Positions 41,608-55,467 of a stretch of DNA of 64,000 nt are shown piece by piece (position 1 is the first letter of the stretch; every line of letters starts with the position of its first letter). The stretch lies in contig CM022665.1 of NCBI GenBank assembly GCA_012295275.1, positions 19,406,001 to 19,470,000 of the forward strand, given 5' to 3'. This DNA is from Chrysomallon squamiferum (Eukaryota > Animalia > Mollusca). The position numbers and the translations under genes were made by a program. The notes beneath the pieces were generated by a model, which saw only the letters and a list, made by a program, of their open reading frames with translations, was not told the origin of the DNA and did no database searches.

Positions 41608-42686
41608 CAGGGGTGTGAAATCTGCACTTTCAACAAGTGGGAAGTTGACTACTTCATGACTGTGACCACTGACAACTGATATGTGAAGAAATAATCAAAA
41701 CACTGAAAGGGGGCAAAGCCAAACAGCATTTTGTTGACATGAGAACCAATACGTAATTAATCTTCACTGTATCATTCATTAACACACAGTGAACCACATC
41801 AAACAAATAATCATATATATTCAGAACAATGCCCTTTGACACTAACAGTTTCATGTTGTCCCTGAGGACAGTAGGTATCTGCCAAAGATATTTTATACGA
41901 CAGCCCAGTCTGATGGCTATGTCAGGGACAGACAGCATGTCATGTACTGAATCTGTGACAAGAAATTTTGGTTTTCTATGATACTAACAATAGACAGTCT
42001 CCTTTGAATGATTTCAACTTTGTGGTGGTCCTGTCTGTTCTTGTTGATGTCCTAGCTTGCATAAACAGCCTAAATTCAATGATCAGTTTCAGCCATTCCA
42101 TGAAATGAAAATGAAACTGTAACTGGTGTTGATCTGCTGGAGATACAGAAGTCAGTGGTGGCATACCCACCCTAATCTTCATGAGATGGCTTGAAATACC
42201 CTCGTTCTCTCCAGCAGTACATGCTTATGTCAGGCAGCATTCTCCAAAATGAAATACTTGAAAAGCAAATATCGACTATACTTGACAGATTGTAACTTGG
42301 AATCAAGTTTGCAACTGATGCTCTTGACTTTGCCCTTCAATTTTAAGAATTTTACAATGAATACACAAGACCATGCCAGTCATTGATAACTGTACAAGGT
42401 GAGTTTCAAAGTTGCTATTTAATAAAAGTAATAAATAATATTAGTAACTGTTTTATTTGGACTCTAATGAGAATCACAGAGGGATGAAATCAATTCTCAT
42501 GGAAACATGTAAAAGCACTTGTTATTTTATTTATATGCAGCATTTTAAGTCACTGAGGTTCATTGTTAGAAAATTATGGAAAATCACACGTTACACTTTC
42601 AGAGTTTATGTAAAATTTGTGTGGCCATAGTGCCAGTAATGTTAAAGTGCTGTGGTGAAAACAGTCATAAAGTTTGCACACCCCTG
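41608..42686. mobile_element. hAT (Charlie/Buster-type) DNA transposon, decayed
   Basis: TIRs CAGGGGTGTGAAATCT and AGTTTGCACACCCCTG. 8-bp flanks CTCTAGAT and GTTTAGAT (6/8 match, central TA) are typical Buster/Charlie TSDs. Confidence 0.8.
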
Positions 42687-44051
42687 GTTTAGATACTATA
42701 ATAAAAAAATATGTGAAATGGAATTAACTTAAAAATGCAACTATTAAATGAAAAATAAAATAAAAATAGTAAAATGTTATTAATATTAGCTATTACATGG
42801 TGATCATAATACATGTATGTAAAATGTATTTCAGTATACTTGTTAGAAATCTAAATAATAATTTTAAAAATATATTAAAAAAAAAAAAAAAATTAAGACA
42901 GTGCATGTCAAAATACCAATACATTATATGAACTGTAACTCCAATTGATTATATTCACTGGTTTAAATGATGAAATTATATTTTAGATAGTTTTCACAGG
43001 CACACTGTCACAGCAACCAGCTTAAAATAGATAACTATGGTTGATATTGTGCTGATAACATACAAAACATTATTGACTAGTAACATCACAAACCATTACA
43101 TCTAACTTCACAGTGGTATGTCATTCAAATATGAATGAATTTCAAATAAATAAGTTTATTTATCTCAAATATTTCTTTGAAATAACATTTACCGTGAGTA
43201 TCTCAGTGTTTTCATTTAAGATTCCTTTATTTACTGTTTACAAAAATATTAACAATGAAACAAACAATACTGTTAATAAAATTCAAACCATCATAGATGG
43301 AATGATGCAGAACTACAGATTTACATTTTCCAATTACACACAATACATTTACAGATTATAACTAACACATTTAACTTCAATCCAGAAAACACACATTCAG
43401 TAAAAATTTCTATTTGTCAGAAAGTATTATTTTTATGCTCTATATAAACATAATAAAAAATTAATGAAATGGAGTGAATGAAAAATAAAAGAAAACAAAA
43501 CAATATCAAAAAAGAAAAAGGTTGTTAATATATATTATTGTACATGTATAAGTACTGAATGACAAAAGACAATTAAAATTAAATAAAATTTCATCTTTTT
43601 AAACTCAAGATACTGGCCAAAATATATCAAAATATCAACACTCATTTTACAAATAAATGATGTTTTTATACACACAAACAAACACATTTTTTTTTTATGA
43701 CTTAAAATAAAAAATAAATAAAACGTAAAAGAGCAAAAAAAGAAAACCAAACATACTTTGAGTTCTATTTTATCCCAGTTGAATGTGTATATATTTAAAA
43801 TTGTTTAAGCTTGACAATACTTGAAAATTAATTATAGTGTTTTGTTTTTAACTAATAGACATTTTCTAATTTCCTTTTTAAAAATGTTTTTGCAGAATAT
43901 AAATAATTATGCAAATGACCAGCAAATGCATAGGTAACATTTTATTTAATAATTAAAAACCCATATCATATATGACTACTAAAAGAACAACAAGAACTTG
44001 TTCACATTAAATGTGCTTTATCACAGGCATTCTGAATTAAGGAATGACATC

Positions 44052-44092
<41 letters not shown>

Positions 44093-45645
44093 ATATCTAT
44101 ATATATATATATGTATATATGTATATATATATAAAATAATAATAAAAAATAAACATCACATTTTGTGTCCAGAGAAAAGCTACTAAATTTTACCTTTAGA
44201 CTAATTAAAAACAGAGTAACAATAATGCCATGTTTCTTGCATTTGACAGACAGTTATATCTGAGTTTTTAAATTGTTTTCAGCTTTTCAAGAGCAAAATA
44301 AGTATGTTTGCAACTGGGGATACATTCAGGATTTGTTATTATCTCAGAACATCTTTAACACAAACTCATAACACCATCATGTGCTTGGGTTAAATTCTTA
44401 AAATAACATAACATTTTTTTTTACTTTTGTTATGTCTAACTGTTCTGAATTTCAGATAGAACAATCTTATCAAATGGATAAGATGAATATAATTGTCATC
44501 AAAAGTGTAACTGCTTATCGAAAAATCTGATATACAGTATTTGAGTTGAAATAATAGTTTTTGGTTTTTTTAAATCATAGGATACAAAATCTGAACTAAC
44601 AAGGAAGGTGTAAGGGAGATAATTTTAGTGAAGTAAAGAAACCATCTACATTCAAACTGATACACTTTACTAATGTAAAACAAAAAGTAACAATGAAATT
44701 TTAGTTTGTGCGAGAAAACAAAATTCATTTATTGATGTGCTATTAGCATTTTTCTAAACAGATAAATTCCATAGCTTTGTTATAAAACTAAGTTTTACTT
44801 CTCTCAGTCTGTGCATAGTTCTCTTATACATATATACAAACAATAAAAAAAAATTGAAGCATAATAATATTGTTAATGTTTTTAAATAAATTTGTTTCTG
44901 AAAACATTTGTAGCAACCTGGATATAATATAAACAATAAATAAATTATTTCACAATAATATAACATTAATATAATTAAAATTATTTAACTGTTAAAACAG
45001 GGTATACTTTATAAAAAAATTTAAATATCCATCTGTATAATCCTACCATAAACTAAACTTTACGTATTCTAACATCAAACAAAAATACCAAAAATCTAAT
45101 ATTTTTAGTCATAACAAACAAGATATATTTTCTTTGATATTTCTTCAGAATCACTTGTAACACTCAAACATGAGATAAATGTTTTAAATCAACAACAATA
45201 ATACTAAAGCATATTGTGGAACAGATGCATTATTAATATTATTACTGTTATTATACCAAATATGAATTAAACTAAGAATTTTATTATTCAAAATTAGAAA
45301 TATTGTTCTGGTTCTGAACAATCCACACATATATAAATATATTTCAAATATATTTGTTAATACTGAGTACCATTTTGTTGCATCCACTGTTCATTTACAA
45401 AACAAAGTATAATAACAGTATTGCTTCATCATTCAGTACATCTATTATTGCAATAACAGTACAATATGTAAGCTGTCATAGTTATGATGTAATGCATTAA
45501 TAAATTCTCCTATAGAAACATTTGCCCACAAAAAATAATTAAACCCTTCAACATCATATATCAGTTATAATATCTGGTTAGGAAAATTAAATGACTGAAG
45601 TGAGACCTATTGTAATGGAAAAGCACTGTTCTTGTGATGATATTT

Positions 45646-48600
45646 TTATGCCAATCCGAGTCGAGTTAATGCCATCTGACGTCGGAGCCGAACAATCTCA
45701 AGAAATGCTTCCTTGTCTAAAAAAAATAATAATAAAATTAAAATATTATTTTTAAACCAGAACCAAAAACAACAACCCATCCCAAAATAATCTTTGTTAT
45801 CAGGCAGTAAATTGAAAGCTACTGAACAAAACTTTAAACATTTATCATAAGCCTTAATGTATCTTCTATGTAAAAACACTTTATAAAATATAAATTAGCA
45901 TTAATCAGTCATTGAAATAAAACAAATAATATTTGCCAACTATGCTTGTCTCTTTAACTGGCAGAACAGTTAAACTGCATCAACTGAAAATGAAGCAATA
46001 CCAATAAAATCAAAATAAATTATTTGAACAGTACATATGTACTACTCATACTACAAATCCTTGTTTTAAAACTTTGAATTTAAAAAATAGTGAAAATGTA
46101 TTTGAAATGATCACTTAAAAATATTTAAAATTTCACCTGTTTTAATGATGTGTTTTGCTTATCTGAAATTCATTTTTTCTTTATGATTTTTAACACACAG
46201 GGCAGAATCAATCTGGTGCTATCTTTATTGTTTAATTAGATAATTAAATTTAAAAAAAAATAATACAGAGAATGCTAAAAAATCTGTCTAAAAGTTATCC
46301 TCTTCAATATAAAAACAAATAAGTAATTTGTATAACATTATAACTACAAAGCAACAAAACATCTAACCCTCGGTCTTCACAAGTCCCTGCCGAATATATC
46401 GAATGTATGTATAAAAGTCACACACTGAAGCAATCTGAAATAAAAATCAGTATGATAATACCTCCTTTTCAACATGCACTACTAAACCTGTGAGAAAAAA
46501 ACTCTTTATTTCATTCAAATGTTGTAAATATGTTCATAAACTTTCTTATCATAGTGCAAAACTGTTTTATTCCTAAAATTCCATTTATTGGTAACAGGAA
46601 GACTGACCCTATTCCGGCACATCTGTGATATAGAGTACCAGTTCTGACAATCGTCCAATTTAATTCTGTAGTTACACAGTTTGTTAGTTTCTGTCAGCAA
46701 ACATTTCCTGGAATAAATTAATATATTTAAATTAATTCTAACATATAATTATCTGTCAATAAATAAGAAAAAAAAAAAAAAAAAAAAAAAAATGCCTAAA
46801 GAATAACAGCTAAACTGAGAAATCTCAAGACATACTTAAAATATTACTATCAAAACACTGTAAAACTGTATTTATCATTAAAAAATAATAATAATAATAA
46901 AACAGCAGAACAGATACACATAATATTATCACAATGACAATAAAACAATTCATATATTACTTTAGAAACAAATTGCAAGGTTTTTTTTATTCAAGAAATA
47001 CTCAGTGATCTATTCCACAAGAAAACACAAAGATGTAAACTGAGAAAGTCAATTGTGTCTACAATCAAAATATAATTAACTCAAACTGATTATATCAAAG
47101 GTAATAACACAGTGGGGATGCAGTTGTGATAAATAATTCACTATCAGCACATACTGAAGAAAAACAAAAATGACAATATTTAAACTTACCTAGGATATGA
47201 ATTTTGGACTGGAATAGGTTCTATAGTCAGAGTATTTCTGTCAACACACTCTTGAACTCTTTCAGACAACTACAATATGAAATCGAATATTTGCTTATGG
47301 TAATTGTACTTTTTTGTTATGTATCACTTTAGTTTGCAACATCTACAGATAATGAAAATATTGATATGATTAGTGTTTCTGACACTCTGAAGTAGTAAGT
47401 GTTAGTAAATTCTGGCTTCGAGATGTCTATTAAATAATTTTTGAATTAATTTATCATTCTTATGGTAACCACTAACCTTTTTATTTGAGAAATTCAGACA
47501 GGGTCCGATATCTTCTAGTTTCACTCTTTGGACAAATATCTCAGATCCTTCCATCTCTTCATTATGTCTCCATTTCAAAAATTCATCATAACAGACAGTG
47601 TCAAACTAAGAAAAACAAAAAATTTCACTAATTACAGGAAAAAAACACATTTTCGAATTAAGTTTTCAGAATTTAAAGTTTTTATTTCTTAATTTTATAT
47701 TTTTCAGTATAATTAAGGTCTGTATCATTTAAGGCATAGTAAAATAATGCAAATCTTCATCTGCACAATCTGGATTTAAGTACTAAAACTTAATACTCTT
47801 GTAGACAAACAAACAGACTCTTAAACAACTTAGAATCCATCATGACATCACAGAATAGTGATTATCTAGCTCATTTGAGCTCTATGTTGCATATATTCCA
47901 AAGTCACCTACTACATACAGAAACTTCCTAAAATGTTTCATATTCAGTAAATAATTTTATTATTATTGTCTTGCTTTTTTTTCACTTCAAAAGAAATATA
48001 AATTATCACAGTTTTCTATAATAAAACTACTGCTATATGTAGCACTGGAATTTGTTTGTTGGTACCCTATTTCCAAAGCTCAAATATATCTCCCTTCAAC
48101 TGACCAGCCTATCTGAAGTGACCTCATTCTAACCAGGGAATCCTATAGAATTCTGTCAGATTCAAAACTGAAAGTAACTTATTTATTAGTTAGCTGAGAA
48201 TTTGCAGAAAGACCATCAATTTCTATGGAACCACAGGTCCAATTTCCAAATGACAAGCAAAAGGTAATTTAGTTTATGCAGATTCTTGTTATAATATGGA
48301 TATCTCAGGGACACTTGTAAAATCTGAGTTTTCATCAAGCTTGATGACGTTCTTTTCAAGATGGCACAAGTTTAAGTGCCTTGTTTAGTGCAGATCATAA
48401 GCCACTTGGAATGGGTTTAAAGTGACAGTTTATTATGAGTGAGGACACTGCTAACTGTCTGAATACTGAGTATTCAAAGTAATCTCAAAGGTAATATTTT
48501 TATTTTTAATTGGAGTAATTGTTACACATAAAGTTTAGTAAAACCTGAAATTGGTGTGGCAAAACTGACGGTCAGAGGGTTGGGCATCAAAGAAATTTTA

Positions 48601-51600
48601 TAAAAAGGACTCCATGTTATTTCAGAACCTGCCACCTGAATTGTATTAGTTAAAAATATGTCACATTTCATTCTGTATGCATAGTGGAAATGACTAAGGT
48701 AGCATTGTCTGTATGAGGTAAATTGTTCATTTATGCACTAAAAATGGTGCAAAGGATTTTTTTTTAATCAAGCTCTTTACAGTACATTATATTTTAAATC
48801 TTATATTTCTAAATTCACTTTTGTACCTGAACTGCATAATATTAAACCTGTGCTGATGTCAAACTTTAATCAACTCAGACGTCAAATGATTACCTCTTTA
48901 CAACTAACTGGTTCTTTACCCTGCTGGGCCTCTGCCTGTTGTCTCGATTCTTTAGTAAACTCATGGTGACTAGTTGAACGTCGATGAGTTTTCCAGAATG
49001 GTTTAGAAGATTTTTTGTCTTTCCCATCTGCAATCTGTGGGTGAAGATGCTTGTTTGGTGAACTGGGTGTTGAAGTAAGGACAAGCTGTTTAAGTGCCAC
49101 TACCTCAGCTTGAAGAACTTCAATCTGAATATTTGAATAAAGAAAAGAAAAGAAAAAAAAACTAAAATAAAAAAAGGAAAAAGAAAGACAGAATATCAAA
49201 TAAAACTATAGAAATAAAAAACCAAAATAAAAATAATAACTAGTCAGCATATATCACAAAATGCTGAATTTGTGAATCAATAAATTTACCTAGCATTGAC
49301 ACAGAGGACAACGTAATTTAAACATATACATTTGAAGCCTAAGTACATTGTTTCAATTACACCTTTCTGCTTTTAGTATTTATCTCTCTCGTTTAATTAC
49401 ACAGCAAGATCAAAATGTATTAAAATGACAAATTCAATTATTTTTAAAACTACTTTTGTTTGAAAACACATAAACCTGCTGGGTTGCTTCTTGGAGTAAT
49501 TTTTCTGTATGCATTCTCTTTACATTGGCATCTTGAACCATTTTGTTTGCTTCCTATTTAAAAAGAAAACAAAAATGTTTCAGTAATAAAATGTAGTTTT
49601 ACTCCAGTTAGTTAACAGTACAAAACATTGTTTTTTTAAATAAAAAAATTCTGATTTAAATTTAAAATGTAATAATTATATAAAATAATAACAATAAACC
49701 ATAAAATTCATTTAAAATAATCAAAAACACATTCTTTCTGTCTTAATTAAAATTTATAACACATTTAAGATATTTAATATATGATTGGTGTAAGAAAGTT
49801 TCACTCATGTATTAATAAGCAAGTTGATATGAAGTTGCCAAGCATTTGATAAAGTCATTGATAATCTAATAAAATGCTTAATTTTAACACAATTTAATAC
49901 ACTTTATATTTTGTATTTAAAAATAACCTCAAACAAAGATGCAGTGAGATCATCCAGTTCTTGTTCCATTTGATAGCGAACTTTTGACAGCTTTCCAACT
50001 TCTTCGTCTTTAAGTTTTAAATCCTAAAAACATTATCAAATAAGAAAGAAATAACAATTAATTCAATTATTTATATTTTAATACGTTATGCAGTATGAAC
50101 AAAAACAAAACCAATCAAAAAAGAAGTTGATTTATGAGCCAGAAGACTGTATATTGGTCATGCCCTGTGATATCTATATTGACATTTACATGTTTTCATG
50201 GTACATGAATGTACTTGGTTGGAACTTGGAACATGGCAAGTGTGGTTCATGGCAAATGTGGTGGACAACAGTGTGTTTACATAGGCCCCAGTGAATATTT
50301 TGTCAACAACTGTGTCACCCAAGTTGACAATTTCAGTGGAGTGATTGTCAGGATGTGGGATACCACAGAAGCAAACTTGTGTTTGTACAAAGGAACCTGA
50401 CAGCTGTGTGTTGTCCTATGCTATCCATTTTAGAAAGAGAGAATTCTATCAGCAGAACAATGCCAGGTATGTAACAGTGGATCTTTCACAGAATGACAAT
50501 ATTAATATTCTGCCAGATCTTAACCCCAGTGACCATCTATAGTATGAACTGGACAGACATATATGCCAACATCACCTGGATTCCAAAACTTATTCTGTCT
50601 AAGAGATGTCATGCAGCTTCTGGTGGCATTTAAGGTACTGATTGAGCACCCTCTTGTGACATTGTTTTGTAATGAAAATGGGTCCATTGCTGTGAACCCA
50701 TAGCAAGAACATTGTCACAAACTCCTGTCAAATTTTACTGTGATATGTTCATAAATAACAAAATTATGCCATTTTGTATCAAAGACCAAAAGAGATAACT
50801 CCATGAATATTTTGCTGATGCTTTTCTTATTTGACAAAGTATTCATCTGAAATAATTATAATCACTTACTGTTTGAGCTTTGAACAGTTCCTCTTGCAAT
50901 CTTTGATAGGCATGTTCCTTGATTTCTGCCATGGACTGACTTCTTCTTCGGGCCTCTGTTATAGCATCAGTTTCAGAATTTGAGTGCTTCATGTTGCGTC
51001 TTGTGGGAGTTCTTCTAAGTTCTACCTGAATATCTGTGTGTTCACTAAAATTAGAAATAAAAATAAATTAAACAATTACATCCTAAATATTAATCCATAA
51101 AAATAAATAATCTTTAATTTAAAGTATGAATTTTCTAAAAATGTTTGGAAGGTTTGAACAATGCTGATACTGTTAGTAAATAAAAAAAGGGGGAAAATAT
51201 GCTCATAACATAGATGATTACATTTTTCTGTAACAGTATTTTTTAAGATTGTGAATTCATATATTATTTCAACAAAAGCATGTAATTTTCCTTAACTAAA
51301 TTTAGGCAATTCACTGTAACTCACTTAGGCACACTTTCAACTGAAGATGATTTCTCACACCCATCTGACACATCACAATTAAAATGATCCTTCTCTGGAT
51401 TCTTCAGATGTATTTTAATTCCTACTGTACCTAAACCAACTGTTGTCTCAAGCCCTGACTTAATTCCAACATCCTCTGGTGCAGGATTTTCCTCTTTGGT
51501 TTCTGCCAGAAGTTTTGGTAAGCTGGAATGTTTACTGGATGGAATCACTGTTTGTAACTCAGGACTTTGTGATTTCTGGGGCAGGTTGGTTTGTGACTGA

Positions 51601-52070
51601 GTACCATATGTTACCTGGGGCAGGTTGGTTTGTGACTGAGTACCATATGTTACCTGGGGCAGGTTGGTTTGTGACTGAGTACCATATGTTGCCTGGGGCT
51701 GGCTACCATTTGTTTGTGCTCCTTCAGGTACTGGTCTGACTTTACTGTCTGCCTTGTTCGACAACCTCCGAGAAAAAGCTGGAGGTTCACCTTGACTATT
51801 CCCTGTAGGACACTGCCTCTCTTGTATGTTGTTTGAACTAACAGCATCCAGCCCCACTCCTGGCTGTCTCTGACCAATGTCAATAAGTCCTATACCAGAA
51901 TCCATACTGTCAGCATCAGCTCGATCACAAGTGTTCTGTTCACCAATGTTGGTTTTGTTGAGAGATGAACTGAAGGGTGGCACTTTATTTGGATGTGGTA
52001 ATACTTCATCTGAAAGCTTTCTCACCAGATGATCAGTATCATTCTCATAAGATATCTTTTTTTCTGACAT
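45646..52070 (-). CDS. RAB3IP: Rab-3A-interacting protein / Rab GEF (Rabin8/GRAB, Sec2 coiled-coil family), 10 coding exons, about 590 aa
   Basis: Exons (minus): 52070-51325, 51044-50870, 50023-49928, 49553-49476, 49124-48894, 47605-47477, 47269-47190, 46707-46608, 46434-46368, 45716-45646 (TAA). Phases consistent. Sec2 motif [51 protein letters not shown], and C-terminal [24 protein letters not shown]...[11 protein letters not shown] match RAB3IP/RAB3IL1. Confidence 0.93.
50130..50842 (+). mobile_element. Tc1/mariner transposase remnant in a RAB3IP intron
   Basis: Frames read FYQQNNAR (QDNARPH), [15 protein letters not shown] (SPDLNPIEHLWDEL) and a decayed GGxTxY C-terminus. Confidence 0.75.
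51576..51698 (-). repeat. 39-bp x3 coding tandem repeat (PQ[A/V][10 protein letters not shown]) in RAB3IP coding exon 1
   Basis: Three near-identical CTGGGGCAGGTTGGTTTGTGACTGAGTACCATATGTT[A/G]C-type units on the plus strand. Confidence 0.9.
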
Positions 52071-54930
52071 TGTTAACTTTATGATCACCCTAAAACAACA
52101 ACAATAATAATACTAATATTAATAATACCACTTCTACTAATAATAAGAAAATAATGAATGAAAAATTAAATATAACAGAAATTTAACATTTTACTTTAAA
52201 AGACAATAATGACGTCAAATTTATTTAAACTGAATCAGAACAATATTTCTAAAACAGAGGAATGCCATTTATCCTTTAGTGCCAATAATTTTTGCTGATG
52301 TCTACTTTTTGGATAAGTTACTTATAATACAAGCAACTTGGGATATAATCATGATAACAGAAATGGTAAAGAATTTAAGTTACATACAATATACTACTAT
52401 TTACACTTCATAAAAGGACATTTCGAAGACTGAGGAACAGCATGGAAAAATAATAATAGTAGTAATAATACAATATAAATGATGATAACTTGAAAATTAA
52501 TGGGAGTAATAACAGTTTTATGATGAATATATTTCTGTAATTTTGACCATTTTGTTCAAGATTTATTGAAACAATACTGTGATCAAAGTTCTTTTAAATT
52601 CTCGTATCTACCTTAAAAAGCAAAATAGTTATGTAATTTTCAAGATGTCAAGTTCATTATGTAAAATTAAAATTCTACCCTAGCTAATGTTATAGGTTAT
52701 TAATTTTGTATAGATATAATTATAAACATCCAATCAAATGGCAGCATTTGATCATGTGATGTAATCGGGTTTTTACAATCCATACCACTCAGTCTGATGA
52801 TTTTTGGCTTCTGCTACAAGAATGTTGGCCAATGACAGATTTGGATATTTGGCACTAATAAAACCAAAATGATGATGTACAGGCTAGACTCATTTTGGAA
52901 GATATCAACACTCACGTTAGTGTCTAGATAATTTTGTGTTCGAAAATTAAAAATCCTTTTCTAGAACAGCAAGAAGAAAAATTCAAAAGCAAAGCAAAAG
53001 AAATATACATACTATCTTACTAAGTGACTAAAAAGGTTTTTATTCCAGATATTTAAAAAAAGGACCAACTACTACAGTAGTTCTAGAGGTTATACATGTA
53101 AGCTGGATACTAATTTTAGCACAGACACAGTGAACTAGGTTAGTGGTGAAAAGTACAATTTTGTCACATACACACAGTTTCTGCCAGAAAAAAAAAAAAA
53201 ATGGTTTGGCACCAACTGGTGACCAACATATCTCTGACAGCATGACAACATATTTGTTACAATTACATGGTTTTTATTAAAACCTGCCCTATACTGTAAG
53301 TCTATAAAATAAAATACAGCTGAGAGTTCATTTGCAGAAATGGGGAATTCTGCATATTAATTGTCTGATTTTAAACAACTTGTCAGCTCACATCAGCCTT
53401 TATTAGATCAGAATTCACTTGTCAGCAAATAAATTCTCTAATATTTCATCTGTGACTCTTTCAAAGACACTGATAATTACAGATTAGATATAAAATTAAA
53501 TCTGTTTCATTTAACAGCAATCTAAATGAATATAAACATTTCTTGTCAGTCATTTTAAACAACATGTCAGCTCTTGTCAGTTATTAGTGGGTGCAGAACA
53601 TTGTTACAAAGAAAACATTGTGGATTGCCCTAAGTTTTGGCTTTCACCTATCCCTGTAGGCACAGCCTTAGTTAAATCCTTGTTTTGCTGAGATTGCATT
53701 TATTGTTTTTGGAAAATAAACCTGGAGTTATGATTATACAGTATATTTTTTGTAGAGTTACAGTATTGGGCAGGTTATAATAAAAAAAACAATCACAGTG
53801 TAGAAAATTAAAGGATAAATACAACTTCTTCTGCCATTCTATCATTGCTAGATCAAAGAGATTAGATGAATTAAAGGCTAAAACACCAAAGAAAAAATTG
53901 TAGACATAATAATTACAGAAAATCAGTTTACATCTAGTTTTGTATGTTATTCAAATCAACTGATGCTGTCAGAAATATATGAAGCCAGAAAACTACTAAC
54001 TAGTCAGATTAAACAGTAAAGTCAAGTATGTGACAAAAGCTCAGCATAAGGTTGCCCAATTTTTGTGATGCATTTTTGATTTCCTTGAATGCAGTTCCCT
54101 CATTGCCATTTCTGATTTCATTATTTATGAATATTTTCAAAAACAACAAACATCATGACATAGTATACATATTCAGCTTCATCAATGAATTCATTTCTTG
54201 ATCTCTGGTGAGCAACAGAGAATCAACAGACAAGATTACCATTTACCAAGCTAAACTTATTTAGGACTTTAAATCATATATTAGTTACAATAAATACATT
54301 CCTCTCTGTCAAATGTTCAAATAGTAGGTACTTTAGTCCCGGTACCAAAATGATGCAGCCATAGTGATTACTGCTGCTACCGATGTCTGAAAAGTTTGAT
54401 GTTCTGTTTATTTTATTTGATTTAGTAATTATGCAGACTAATATTCCATTTTTAGTTAATTTTTTTTTTTCTGATAAAGATGTTTATTATCAAAACAGTT
54501 CTTAGCTAATTAGATTTTTATGAATTTTTTTTGGTATATCTATAAAATGAAGTCATAAGGAAAATTAATGCTAATTAATATTATATGTATGTTAATAACA
54601 TACTTAAAAATACAGAACTGCTCTAGAACTCATCTAAAGCTTCATTTTGATATATAATATTGGTTTAAATTTAGATCAGCTATTCTGTGCGTAACAGTTT
54701 CTCCATAGATTCTGACAGTGAATCGAGTGATACCTTTACTCAGATAAGAATTCATATCAGTGCTAATAAAAATATCTTGGTGTCATTTTAATCTGCTTTT
54801 TTTCTCTCTCTCTCTCTTTCTGATGATACATAATTCTGTAGGAAAATGATATTTCTTAACATTTTGTCACATACTTAGTAAAGTCAGTAAGTGTCAATGT
54901 CACTTGTCAGACCGTTTATTTCCTACTTAC

Positions 54931-55220
54931 TTTCCCAGTGCGAAAGAATGAAAACCAAATAATAAAAATAATTGTTACTGAAAATGTAGCTGTACCTAAT
55001 GTTCGGCACTGTATAAATAACTTCCTTCGAGTTCCATGTTAAATAAACTGAAGCTAATAACTGTTATAATAATTATTGTCAAAATTTAATCCCTTCGACA
55101 TTAACACCGAACCATAGCTCACTAATATGTACCGCAAACATTTCAATTAAACCTGCAATCCTCAAAACTGGGACAAAATACCAGTCTTTTGATGTTGTTG
55201 ATTTGAAGTGCGCATGTCTG
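54931..55220 (-). promoter_or_regulatory. Probable promoter and non-coding first exon of the RAB3IP-like gene
   Basis: Consensus donor GGGAAA|GTAAGT at 54931/54930 on the minus strand. The ATG exon has an acceptor at 52090-52091, so an upstream exon is needed. Local CpG enrichment and an NRF1-like GTGCGCATG at 55208-55216. Confidence 0.5.
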
Positions 55221-55467
55221 TTTGGCGTTATTTTTTTAATCTAATGCTCTAATAGTAATACTAATGTTGTTAGTATTACAGTGAATATTTTCTCTGATAA
55301 TATTGCTGGATAATTCACCACTAAATATATCTAATTTATAAACATTTATTTCTGATTCATAGAATTTAATAAATCTAAAAGTAAATATTATTCTACCCGG
55401 CCCCACCCCCCCTCAAACTATATTATATAGTATATACTATATATCATTAGTATTGTAGAAGGTCAGA

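Noticed and set aside
48030-48640. Possible LTR-retrotransposon pol fragment in a RAB3IP intron
   Set aside because: Too decayed to identify motifs with confidence.
54345-54395. C/D box snoRNA (ATGATG...CTGA)
   Set aside because: Imperfect C box, too short, and antisense to the host intron.
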